This document shows, piece by piece, positions 1 to 9,211 of a stretch of DNA of 64,000 bases. Under the pieces are notes generated by a model. That model was given only the letters and a program-made list of their open reading frames with translations, was not told where the DNA came from and searched no databases. The DNA is taken from the NCBI GenBank assembly GCA_964291315.2, contig OZ219753.1, positions 1,152,001 to 1,216,000 on the forward strand. The letters run 5' to 3'. Source of the DNA: Candidatus Poribacteria bacterium (GTDB lineage: Bacteria; Poribacteria; WGA-4E; WGA-3G). Position numbers and translations under genes: made by a program. Numbering within the stretch: the stretch's first letter is position 1; the number at the start of each line of letters is the position of its first letter.

Positions 1-40
1 TCCATTATCTATGAGGTGTGTGATTACGCGGTGTTGGTGT

Positions 41-367
41 TTATAGTACGTCTAGGATTTTTTTCTTGAGGGTGTCTTTAGGCATCGCGCCGACAATCTG
101 TCCTGCAACTGCCCCGTCCTTGAATACAAGGAGCGTGGGGATACTCCGAACACCGTATTGCATTGCTGTCTGGCGGTTATCGTCGACATTCACTTTTCCA
201 ACTTTGAAAGTATCGGAATTCTCTTCGGCGAGTTCCTCCAAGATGGGTGCGATCATCTTGCAGGGCCCGCACCATTCCGCCCAGAAATCGACAACAACCG
301 GTGTGTCGGATGTAATCACCATTCCTTGAAACGTATCGTCAGTAATTTCAAACGTATTTGCAGCCAT
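41..367 (-). CDS. trxA: Thioredoxin
   Basis: 108 aa with DFWAEWCGPC active-site motif and a typical 'SIPTLLVFKDG' segment. Confidence 0.95.
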   Translation of the reverse strand: MAANTFEITDDTFQGMVITSDTPVVVDFWAEWCGPCKMIAPILEELAEENSDTFKVGKVNVDDNRQTAMQYGVRSIPTLLVFKDGAVAGQIVGAMPKDTLKKKILDVL

Positions 368-780
368 GATAGCTCCTTTTTGTTTAGAATTGAGGAGGCA
401 GAACCGCCCCTATAATAATTGGCAATACTTCGCTTGAGCAATTGCTCTTATGAATTCATGACATTAATATGATACTCTACTCACAGAGAAATTGCCAGTC
501 AATTTTTGATATTTATAACAGATTTAGTCTCGATAAAAAGGTGGTATGCCCGTTTTGCAATCATAAAGAGCCTTACTTACATAATTGTTCTCTTTACAGG
601 CCGTTTATGTTCTAAGCGAGAGGCGCTAAAGTCCGAGCCTTAATCGTTTCGTGCTGATTTTTTATTGATAAAAAAAGTCCGTTTTGTTATACTAAATAAT
701 GAGATCTAACGCTTTGCTCAACCAACGTGATGAATATGAACGTTAATTTGATTGTAAACGTACAATTAAGGAGACAACAG

Positions 781-1416
781 ATGTCCGATAAAGAAAAGAA
801 ACAAGGTACAAGCATCTCGCGACGGAGTTTCTTGAAGGGTGTTGGCACTGGTACTGTTGCCGCGACTGTCGTCCCTGGTGTCCTCATCGGCAGCGAGAAA
901 GCCGCCGAGGCCCAAGCGGGCGATGCTATCTCTACTGCGACAATTCAACTCAAGATCAACGAGAAGTCCTATGAAGTTGAAGTTGAAGCGCGCACAACAC
1001 TTTTGACAGTTTTACGGGATGGGATTGATACAGGTGGAAATACCATCGACTTGACAGGTGCTAAACTCATTTGTGATCGAGGGGAATGTGGCGGCTGTAC
1101 CGTTATGGTAGACGGGAAGGCGATCTACGCTTGTATGATGCTTGCGATGGATGCACAAGGTAAGGACATAACAACTATCGAAGGGCTGGCAACCGGAGAT
1201 GCCTTACATCCGGTCCAGGAAGCATTTGTCAAACACGATGCGCTCATGTGTGGGTTCTGCACGCCTGGTTTTGTCATCTCATCTGCGGCACTGTTAAACG
1301 AGAACAAAAAACCGACGCTTGAAGAAATTAAAACCGGTTTGTCTGGCAATACATGTCGCTGTGGAACTTATCCGTTCATCTTTGATGCTGTCAAGACCGC
1401 ATCACGGGACATGTGA
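781..1416 (+). CDS. Xanthine dehydrogenase/aldehyde oxidoreductase family 2Fe-2S subunit with Tat signal (PaoA/YagT-like)
   Basis: SRRSFLK twin-arginine motif; CDRGECGGC, CGFCTPG and CRC Fe-S motifs. AGGAG RBS before ATG 781 (the ORF track starts at 727). Confidence 0.9.
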   Translation: MSDKEKKQGTSISRRSFLKGVGTGTVAATVVPGVLIGSEKAAEAQAGDAISTATIQLKINEKSYEVEVEARTTLLTVLRDGIDTGGNTIDLTGAKLICDRGECGGCTVMVDGKAIYACMMLAMDAQGKDITTIEGLATGDALHPVQEAFVKHDALMCGFCTPGFVISSAALLNENKKPTLEEIKTGLSGNTCRCGTYPFIFDAVKTASRDM

Positions 1417-1507
1417 TCCCGACGGCTCTATTTGAAAGCTCACCTCGGCTTACTGCGCCGGGGAGGCTGCTGTTCCAAGCTAGCAGCCATTTATAGGAGA
1501 AAAAAGC

Positions 1508-3628
1508 ATGGGATCATGGAAAGAAGCGAGTGAATCACGTCTTATCGGCAAACGGATAAATCGTTTGTCCGGTAACGATAAGGTCACTGGCAAAGCGAAA
1601 TATACCTTTGACATCAACCGACCGGGCATGCTTTACGGACGGATTTTGCGTTCTGAAGTCGCGCATGCGACCGTTATCGGTTTGGATACAAGCGAGGCAG
1701 AAGCACTTCCGGGTGTCAAAGCAATTATACCGCTGATTGAAATTGGAAATAGGCTTCGCTACCAAGGTCAAGAAGTGGCAGCTGTTGCAGCAGAGACGGA
1801 TGACATCGCCAAAGACGCAATTCGGTTGATTCATGTCGATCTGGAAGAATTAGCGCATGTCGTCACGGAAGAAGGAGCTATGGCGGCAGGTGCGCCGCAA
1901 ATCCGGGAGGATTGGGCGGGCAACCAGAGTAATCCTAACATCAGAGAAGACGGTGATCTTGAAGCAGGATTCGCCGAAGCCGCTGTTGAGGTGGAGGCTA
2001 CCTACAAGACAGCAGTTCAAACACATGTCTGTTTGGAAACACACGGGCACGTTGCTGAGTGGGAAGATGAACAAAACTTGACTGTTTGGGCGTCAACACA
2101 AGCGGTTTTCGGGACTCGCAATGACTTTGCGCAACACTTTGAACTACCAGCCAACCAAGTCAGGGTCATCACAGAGCACATGGGTGGCGGGTTTGGCAGC
2201 AAATTCGGCCCTGGTGTAGAAGGACGGGCTGCCGCTGAGTTGGCACGGATTACTGGTAGAGCGGTGAAGCTAATGCTAACGCGTAAAGCGGAGCATCTCG
2301 TTGCCGGCAATCGTCCTTCAATGACACAAAATGTTCGGGCAGGTGCGACCCACGATGGACGTCTTATCGCTTATGATATGAAGGGCCATGGAACGGGAGG
2401 TATCAGCAGCGGTGCTGGCTTCCAGGCCCCCTATGTCTATCATGTCCCAAACTTGCGCACTGAAAAAGTGAATGTTGCTGTCAATGCTGGAAACCAACGT
2501 GCAATGCGCGCCCCAGGGCATCCACAAGCCTCATTCGCAATGGACTCACTGGTGGATGAGCTGGCAGAGAAGCTCGGGATGGACCCGTTAGAGTTTCGAC
2601 GTATCAACGATGCAAACGAAACGCGCCAAGCCCAGTACACGCTCGGTGCCCGAGAAATTGGTTGGCATCGTCGTAACAATGTGCCAGGCTCCAGCACAAA
2701 TGTGAAAAAGCGGGGCATGGGGGTTGGAAGCGGACAGTGGGGCGGCGGTGGTGGTCGCGGTACAGAGGCACGGGTTACTATCAACGCTGATGGCACTGTT
2801 GAAGCGGTCACTGGAACGCAGGACATCGGGACGGGTGTTCGTACTGTCATTGCAATTATTGTTGCTGAAGAACTTGGGCTCGCTCCAACCGATATTGTCG
2901 TAAAGGTTGGGGATAGTCAGCCCGGTTTACCCTCTGGGGGCAGCGGTGGTAGTCAAACAACACCGTCTGTCGCTCCGGTTATTAAGACTGCGGCTGAAGC
3001 GGCAAAACGGAAGTTGTTCGAGCGCATCGCCCCTATGCTTGAGGCCCCTATTGATGATCTCCGCGTTGGCCGTGAAACGATTTACGTCGTTTCTGATCGA
3101 ACCAAAACCATTACATGGAAACAAGCGACTGGACAGCTGGGTATGGAAAGTATAAGCGAAGGTGGATATTGGGATGAAGAACTCCGCCAAAACGGTGCAG
3201 CTGGTACGCAGTTCGCTGAGGTTGAAGTTGATACGGAAACGGGTATTGTCAAGGTTATTAAGATTGTGGCGGTGCAAGACTGTGGATTGGCGATTAACCG
3301 TCTGACCACGGAAAGCCAGATTAATGGTGGTGTTATCATGGGGTTGGGGCAGGCGCTGCTTGAGGAACGGTTCATGGACCCACAAACTGGGCGGATGCTC
3401 AACGCGAATCTTGAGGATTACAAAGTGCCTGGAACTTTTGAGATTCCTGAGATTAAATCCATTGTTTTCGATACTCATCGTAGAGTCACCGGAGTCGGTG
3501 AACCGCCATGTATCCCAACCCCCGGTGCTATTGCTAACGCTGTTCATAACGCGATCGGTGTGCGAATTCGAGAGTTGCCGATAACACCGGATCGGGTTCT
3601 TAACGCGCTTGCCGAGGAAAAGGTATAA
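1508..3628 (+). CDS. Xanthine dehydrogenase family molybdopterin-binding subunit
   Basis: Motifs KVTGKAKY, MGGGFGSK, MRAPG, QDIGTG, QINGG and GVGEP. Confidence 0.92.
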   Translation: MGSWKEASESRLIGKRINRLSGNDKVTGKAKYTFDINRPGMLYGRILRSEVAHATVIGLDTSEAEALPGVKAIIPLIEIGNRLRYQGQEVAAVAAETDDIAKDAIRLIHVDLEELAHVVTEEGAMAAGAPQIREDWAGNQSNPNIREDGDLEAGFAEAAVEVEATYKTAVQTHVCLETHGHVAEWEDEQNLTVWASTQAVFGTRNDFAQHFELPANQVRVITEHMGGGFGSKFGPGVEGRAAAELARITGRAVKLMLTRKAEHLVAGNRPSMTQNVRAGATHDGRLIAYDMKGHGTGGISSGAGFQAPYVYHVPNLRTEKVNVAVNAGNQRAMRAPGHPQASFAMDSLVDELAEKLGMDPLEFRRINDANETRQAQYTLGAREIGWHRRNNVPGSSTNVKKRGMGVGSGQWGGGGGRGTEARVTINADGTVEAVTGTQDIGTGVRTVIAIIVAEELGLAPTDIVVKVGDSQPGLPSGGSGGSQTTPSVAPVIKTAAEAAKRKLFERIAPMLEAPIDDLRVGRETIYVVSDRTKTITWKQATGQLGMESISEGGYWDEELRQNGAAGTQFAEVEVDTETGIVKVIKIVAVQDCGLAINRLTTESQINGGVIMGLGQALLEERFMDPQTGRMLNANLEDYKVPGTFEIPEIKSIVFDTHRRVTGVGEPPCIPTPGAIANAVHNAIGVRIRELPITPDRVLNALAEEKV

Positions 3629-3639
3629 GGAGCTAAGGA

Positions 3640-4620
3640 ATGGAAAAATTTAGTTATATTAACGCCACTAGTCTTGAGCAGGTCACTTCGCTTCTGAGTG
3701 AGAGCAGCTGGGGGGAAGTTATGCTTATTGCTGGCGGTACAGACCTCCTTGGGGAGCTCAAAGAATATGTTGAGACTCCCAAAACGCTCATTAATCTTAA
3801 GACGTTGCCCGGTATGGACGGTATTACAGCTGACGCTTCGGGTTTAAGAATTGGGGCGTTAGCCACTGTCGACGACATTGCACAGCATTTGACGATCCAA
3901 CAGGGTTACACTGTGTTGGCAGAGGCGGCAGCCTCCGTCGCGACGCCACAGATACGGAACGTTGGCACATTGGGTGGTAACCTCTGCCAACGCCCGCGGT
4001 GCTGGTATTACCGCGATGAATCGATTAACTGCCTCAAAAAAACGGGTGACACCTGCTATGCAGTCGATGGTTTGAGCAAATATCACGCTATTCTCGGAGG
4101 CGACCCGGTCTACATCGTGCATCCTTCAGACTTGGCGCCGGCGCTCATAGCCTTGGGGGCTTCTGTCAAAATTGTTGGACCCGAGGGGGAAAAGATGATG
4201 CCTCTTGAGCAATTTTTTACCTTGCCTGCAACGAATCCGTTCCGTGAAAATGTGCTTGAACCTAACGAAATTGTTGTTGAGGTTACGGTGCCAGCTGCGA
4301 AACCAGATACGAAAAGCTTCTACTTGAAGGCGCGCGAAAAAGGTGCCCCGGACTTTGCGCTGGCAAGTGTTGCGGGGGTTTTCGAGATGGATGGGAAAAC
4401 TTGCAAAACTGCCAGCGTTGTACTCGGAGGTGTTGCCCCGGCACCTTGGCGCTCTAAGGAGGCTGAAGCTGCACTGACAGGCATGAGAATCAACGAAGCG
4501 GTTGGCAAGAAGGCGGGAGCAGATGCTGTCATGGACGCGCGACCGTTGAACGACAACGCCTATAAAGTAAAGTTAACACAGAACCTCATCAGTCGCGCGG
4601 CGATGATGGCTGCAGGCTAA
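3640..4620 (+). CDS. Xanthine dehydrogenase family FAD-binding subunit
   Basis: Motifs IAGGTDL, TPQIRNVGTLGGNLCQRPRCWYYR and HPSD, as in YagS/PaoB-type subunits. Confidence 0.92.
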   Translation: MEKFSYINATSLEQVTSLLSESSWGEVMLIAGGTDLLGELKEYVETPKTLINLKTLPGMDGITADASGLRIGALATVDDIAQHLTIQQGYTVLAEAAASVATPQIRNVGTLGGNLCQRPRCWYYRDESINCLKKTGDTCYAVDGLSKYHAILGGDPVYIVHPSDLAPALIALGASVKIVGPEGEKMMPLEQFFTLPATNPFRENVLEPNEIVVEVTVPAAKPDTKSFYLKAREKGAPDFALASVAGVFEMDGKTCKTASVVLGGVAPAPWRSKEAEAALTGMRINEAVGKKAGADAVMDARPLNDNAYKVKLTQNLISRAAMMAAG

Positions 4621-4632
4621 AGGAGCATAGAC

Positions 4633-4872
4633 ATGTTACAAGGAAAAGCACTTCCACTTTTTAATCGCCCGATATGTCAATACCTGCGGTCAAAGGCGAT
4701 TTATATTCCGGGCGGTAACTTGCAGAATCTCGTTGAAAATAACCCCGGTTCCCACTATTGGTGCAATTGTACAATGCAAGTTGTTGGCCCCGACGATCAA
4801 TTCGTGTCTCCGGACGCTTGCAAACAGGCGCGGCCCTGTTTCAAACCTGTCGGTGGCAAACCGGTCGTTTAA
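4633..4872 (+). CDS. Small Cys-rich hypothetical protein at the end of the XDH-family operon
   Basis: AGGAG RBS directly after the FAD-subunit stop; 79 aa with C..LRSK, HYWCxCT, GPD, C...RPC. Confidence 0.6.
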   Translation: MLQGKALPLFNRPICQYLRSKAIYIPGGNLQNLVENNPGSHYWCNCTMQVVGPDDQFVSPDACKQARPCFKPVGGKPVV

Positions 4873-5132
4873 CTTGGGAACCGCAGAAAACGGGAAGGGG
4901 AATTGGTATATCAGACCGGCTCCCCTTTTGCCCGTCGTTGTTGCGCCTTTGGTAGTAGATATTACAATTACTGACATGCGATCGATTGGTGATGTTAGAC
5001 AATCTCGCCTCCTAGGGTGTAAAGACAATTAGGGGGTTTACTGTAATTATATCTAATATTTTCAGTCTGGATCGAAAACCCAATTTTGATAACGGTAAGT
5101 AAAGTCTGCGCGAAAACCGGATCATTAGAGAA

Positions 5133-5591
5133 ATGTTTCTGAAAGTGTTGATGCAATGGACACATGTCGGTTCCGTCGTCCTAATAATAGGCGGTTTCTT
5201 TTTCTTTCGTGTTGTTCTTCTTCCAGTTGCCAATCTTTCGTCTGATCCCGCGGCATTGATCTCAGCAGCGCTGCGCCGTTTCGGTGGTATTGTCTGGGCA
5301 TCATTGCTAACAGTGCTTATTTCAGGCCTGTACAATTTCATAACTTTTTTTCGGACCGCCCGTGCCGGTGCTGCTGTTGCGCCTATTGCCTCAGATTACT
5401 CGACTTATATCTTCGTCTTAGGTATCAAATTCTTTATCGTTTTTCTGATGTTCACACTAGCAATTTTTCTAACATTCCCGTATCCGGTGTTTGAAGTGTA
5501 TCAGAAGCGTCCTGCGCCGTGGATGAATATTACCGTGGTTTTGGGGTTAGTAGTGATTTTTCTATCGGCATATTTACGTCGATTGGGATAG
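5133..5591 (+). CDS. Four-TM membrane protein (CopD-like)
   Basis: Four hydrophobic segments, 'W.H.......GG.FF' start and an 'ISGLYN' motif. Confidence 0.7.
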   Translation: MFLKVLMQWTHVGSVVLIIGGFFFFRVVLLPVANLSSDPAALISAALRRFGGIVWASLLTVLISGLYNFITFFRTARAGAAVAPIASDYSTYIFVLGIKFFIVFLMFTLAIFLTFPYPVFEVYQKRPAPWMNITVVLGLVVIFLSAYLRRLG

Positions 5592-5611
5592 ATATAATTA
5601 GATAAAAAAAC

Positions 5612-5641
5612 TTGACATTGAGGTGCGTTTTAAGATATATT
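5612..5641 (+). promoter_or_regulatory. Sigma70-type promoter of lamin-tail cassette 1
   Basis: TTGACA-18 nt-TATATT; near-identical to 50580-50608. Confidence 0.75.
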
Positions 5642-5695
5642 TAATATATCGTAGAAAAGAGAGGGCGAAATAGTCCGAAAATGAATTTGTAATCT

Positions 5696-6205
5696 ATGCG
5701 ACATATGAAAGCTGTAGACACTTCCCCCAGAATCATGAAGTCAGCGAGGCTTAGCCACCTCTTGGATATTCAGGGCCCGTTATATCGCCTAAGCTTTGCT
5801 GTTGTTGTGGTTGTTAGCCCCCCCCCCGCTCCACACACAATAAGTACTTTATCCCCTCTATCACAAAATATCCTCTCGCTCCACCGCACTACCCGCTTTG
5901 CGCCTGCTTGCCAGCTGACCCAACAGCACGGGATCTCACACCGACTAAAGAGCCTCCCGCAGCGGAAGAGAGGCACGAGCCAACCCCATTCTATAGCAAA
6001 AGAAGCAGTAGTTCTATTCTTTTCATATGTTTTTGTTTTATTCTGTTGTTCTGTTTGCACACAGTTTAGGGAGTTTTGGCACTGCTATTTAACGCGCGAG
6101 AACAAGGAGGTTGAAATCAGGAGGTTTCCAGCAGAATCTCCGTTACGCCTTAACATCAATAGATCTGAGGGGGGTTCCCTCAGGATAAAGTTGACGTGTA
6201 AGTAA
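5696..6205 (+). other. Leader ORF (169 aa) in the conserved 5' leader, spanning a C10 tract
   Basis: Open frame homologous to the frameshifted leader ORF at 50670-51166. No clear SD, so translation is unproven. Confidence 0.5.
5818..5827 (+). repeat. Poly-C10 homopolymer tract
   Basis: Read directly; equivalent position to C9 at 50798-50806. Confidence 0.9.
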
Positions 6206-6288
6206 GCGAGAATGGGGCCGCTATCTCTGCGGTCATCTCTCATTATGTCTATATTTAACCAATATCAATAACAGAGGAGAATGAAGTA

Positions 6289-9123
6289 ATGTTATGGAAT
6301 AAAATCAGAATTTTCGTGGTCTTAGCACTCGTATCTATTTTTGCAACCACACACGCTTTTGGTATCCTTCGCACTTTAACTGTCTCGAACTATGAGAATT
6401 GGCCTAAACTCAAGAACGCCAAGAGCTTTTCGCTCATTATGAAAAATCTCAGTTTAATTGTGGGTGCTCCTTACGTCGGCGTTGTCGCTGACGTTCGTAT
6501 AAGTAACGAGGTACAAGGGCGGCAGATCGATGATTTGGTAGACCTGAAGGATTTACTGGTGCGCGGCGGCGCCATCACAATTTCAATGCGGGTGCCGCTA
6601 GCAGCCGAAATTACCAGCGATGGCGCTGCCAACCATACCCTAAAAGCCGACGCCTCAGATGCGGATCTGATGGCGATGAAGCACCGCATCGTCATCACCG
6701 AGGTGAATTGGGGGACGGATACCCCGCACAGAACCGGTGCGCAATGGTTTGAACTCTATAACGCTGGCGCCGCTTTGAAAACCAACGATTATATCAGATG
6801 GCGCACGCATCCCCGTTTAGACAAAGCCGCTGTCCCCGAACCGGGTAAGACGTTCATGTGGGACGATGACGGTAATGGGGAGCGCAAGTTTGTTGTTTTG
6901 GATCGTGTCGCCACGATCGATCGTTTTGGTAACCCGTGGGAGCTGAAAGGTGCGGATGGCGATACTGCCGATGGTGAGCCCGATGCTGATCCTTCTACCA
7001 CTGAGATTGATCTACCTACCGATAGGGATACCGGGGATCCTGACAATGCGATGGCCTCTATGTATCGGAAGATCGATCTAGATGCCACGGGTATGGCGTA
7101 TGCCTATGAAAATGGAAAACTGAAGGGCCTCGGAGAAGGCAACGAAGCCAGCTCCTGGGAGGCATCTAAATATAAGAGTAAGTATCTCATGAGAGGTAAT
7201 TACATAGCGAGTCCCGGGGCTGTTCACTCGCTTAATCCGGATGGACCGGGTGCAGTCCAGTTCACTATGACCCCCGCCTCTATCTCTCCTACCGGCATTA
7301 TCATTAACGAGGTGCGCAATGATCCCTCAAGTGCGAACTTGGATTGGATAGAGCTGCTCTATAACAGTGATGATCCCGAAGCCAAGCCCGTGAATATAGA
7401 GAACTATAAGCTGAGCCTGGTGATGGGGAAGATGAAGTCTGATGGGAGCTATCACGAGTCGGGCGATGCCAACTTCACGGAAACCAAACTCGCGGTGCTG
7501 CCGAAATACGAGATGACACCGGGCGAGTATGTCGTGATCTATAACCGGGAGCCTGGGAAGAGTGTTGGGTTTGCTGGCGGTGAAAAACTTCAGGATCTCT
7601 CTGCGAAAACGCACATCAAAAAGGGTGCCACGCACAAGTATGTGGTAGAGACAGACCTGAAGCTGCCCGCTGAAGGGAAGTTCTTGATCCTGCTGCGCAC
7701 GCGGAATAGTGCGGATGACGTTGGCAAGCCGTCAAATGTCAAAGATTATGCCGGCAACGGTTTCTTTAAGCGCATGGAAGATAAGAAGTTCGATACGAGT
7801 GTGTGGCCGTTTGTGGCGTGGTCTGCCCCGGGAGACGTTGAGGACTTCGGTAGCATGAACACCTTCGCCTCTACAAGTATGTCGTTTGGTCGGGGGGCTC
7901 AGTTGAGCGCGAAGGGCATGTATTGGGCGAAGTCTCGTGCCAACCGTGTTCACAAAGACGATTGGATGACCTTCGGTTTCATGGGTGCTGGCTACGATCG
8001 CGGGCGCGATAAAACGGTTGACACAGCGAGTGCCCCTGGCACGCCGGGGTATCCGAACATAGGGGTGAGTATGATCGCGGATGACAAAAACACCGCATCC
8101 ACTGACGATGACTACGCCTTCGATGGCAAAGTGAGCATCAGCGAGATTATGTATGATGCGGGGCCGCGCTCAAACTTGGCGCAGTGGATAGAACTCTACA
8201 ACAGCTCTATGACGGAGACGCTAGACCTTGCGGGCTGGGAGTTAGAGGTCCGCAATGAGCGGACAGTGACAGGTTCGTATGTCAATGCGAAGTTCACATT
8301 TGATGCGGACACGTATCTGCCGCCGAATCAGACGTTGCTGCTGGTGTCGAACAATGGTGCGAACGACGTTGCAGAGAACTACGTCTATAACTTGCAGGAG
8401 AATCACGGGAGTGCTCTGGGTTTGACAGTGCGGGGTCGGCAGCTGCTGAGTGCGGCGGGCTTCCATCTGGAGCTGCGTGCGAAGGTCAACAAAGCCGGTG
8501 ACTCGGCGTTGATGGTAGTAGACACAGCCGGCAACATTGAGATATCGGGGACGGTGCGCACCCACGCCTGGGATTTGCCCGAGCGCGGTGAGATGCGGAT
8601 GTCTATCACCCGCACGTATAAAGGCGGTTCGAATCCCGATAACGGGTTGATGCAAGCCTCTTGGCGGCAGGCAAACCTAGCAGGTGCCTCGCTGACGTAT
8701 TACGGACACCGCGACGATATCAGTTCCCCCGGCTACCGGGTCGGTGGTCCGCTACCCGTTTCGCTCTCAAGTTTCCGCCCGGTGCGCGATGCCTCGACGG
8801 GCCACGTTGAGATTAGCTGGGTAACGCAGTCCGAGCTCAACAACGCCGGGTTCAATATCCTACGCAGTGAGAGCAAGACGGGTGAGTTTGCGGTTATCAA
8901 CACCAAGGGGCTGATTGCGGGACACGGCACCACCTCCGAGAAGCACGTGTATACCTACACAGATACCGCTGCGAAACCCAACGCCGTCTATTACTACCAG
9001 ATAGAAGACGTCTCTATGGACGGGGTGCGCACAACGTTACGGACGACGCATCTGCGGGGCGATGTCTCTGCGAGGGGTAAACTCACGACGCGGTGGGGAG
9101 AGCTCAAATCGTCTGACAAATAG
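6289..9123 (+). CDS. Secreted lamin-tail-domain protein, paralog 1 (C-terminal PLPVSLSSF Ig-like domain + GKLTTRWGELK tail)
   Basis: Signal peptide MLWNK...AFG; three 'I(I/S/V)xE(V/I)...WxELY' LTD-type motifs with SPG/TPG ends; RBS AACAGAGGAG. Confidence 0.85.
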   Translation: MLWNKIRIFVVLALVSIFATTHAFGILRTLTVSNYENWPKLKNAKSFSLIMKNLSLIVGAPYVGVVADVRISNEVQGRQIDDLVDLKDLLVRGGAITISMRVPLAAEITSDGAANHTLKADASDADLMAMKHRIVITEVNWGTDTPHRTGAQWFELYNAGAALKTNDYIRWRTHPRLDKAAVPEPGKTFMWDDDGNGERKFVVLDRVATIDRFGNPWELKGADGDTADGEPDADPSTTEIDLPTDRDTGDPDNAMASMYRKIDLDATGMAYAYENGKLKGLGEGNEASSWEASKYKSKYLMRGNYIASPGAVHSLNPDGPGAVQFTMTPASISPTGIIINEVRNDPSSANLDWIELLYNSDDPEAKPVNIENYKLSLVMGKMKSDGSYHESGDANFTETKLAVLPKYEMTPGEYVVIYNREPGKSVGFAGGEKLQDLSAKTHIKKGATHKYVVETDLKLPAEGKFLILLRTRNSADDVGKPSNVKDYAGNGFFKRMEDKKFDTSVWPFVAWSAPGDVEDFGSMNTFASTSMSFGRGAQLSAKGMYWAKSRANRVHKDDWMTFGFMGAGYDRGRDKTVDTASAPGTPGYPNIGVSMIADDKNTASTDDDYAFDGKVSISEIMYDAGPRSNLAQWIELYNSSMTETLDLAGWELEVRNERTVTGSYVNAKFTFDADTYLPPNQTLLLVSNNGANDVAENYVYNLQENHGSALGLTVRGRQLLSAAGFHLELRAKVNKAGDSALMVVDTAGNIEISGTVRTHAWDLPERGEMRMSITRTYKGGSNPDNGLMQASWRQANLAGASLTYYGHRDDISSPGYRVGGPLPVSLSSFRPVRDASTGHVEISWVTQSELNNAGFNILRSESKTGEFAVINTKGLIAGHGTTSEKHVYTYTDTAAKPNAVYYYQIEDVSMDGVRTTLRTTHLRGDVSARGKLTTRWGELKSSDK

Positions 9124-9138
9124 CAGACACAACGTATA

Positions 9139-9184
9139 ACGCAAGCTCGATACATATTCATGCAAATATGTGTCAAGCTTGCGT
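9139..9184 (+). other. Intergenic stem-loop between paralogs 1 and 2
   Basis: ACGCAAGCT-C-GATACATATT ... AATATGTGTC-A-AGCTTGCGT; no U-tract. Confidence 0.7.
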
Positions 9185-9211
9185 CACCAATAACAGAGGA
9201 GAACAAACGTA

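Noticed and set aside
2927-3547. Long antisense ORFs within well-supported genes (also 39031-39600 and 52304-52888)
   Set aside because: Shadow frames of real CDSs, with no motifs or RBS.
4733-5032. 99-aa ORF overlapping the Cys-rich gene
   Set aside because: No RBS, overlaps a better-supported ORF, and no recognisable motifs.
5830-6030. Diversity-generating retroelement TR/VR pair (leader copies or paralog 3' ends)
   Set aside because: Differences are not confined to adenines on either strand, and no reverse transcriptase is in the window.
5770-6060. Antisense Cys/Trp-rich ORF similar to antisense ORF 50788-51051
   Set aside because: The similarity follows from DNA homology of the leaders. 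Starts and stops differ, there is no RBS, and substitutions are not third-position biased. Not fully excluded.
6075-6095. Sigma54 promoter (TTGGCAC)
   Set aside because: No TTGC at -12, and not conserved in copy 2.
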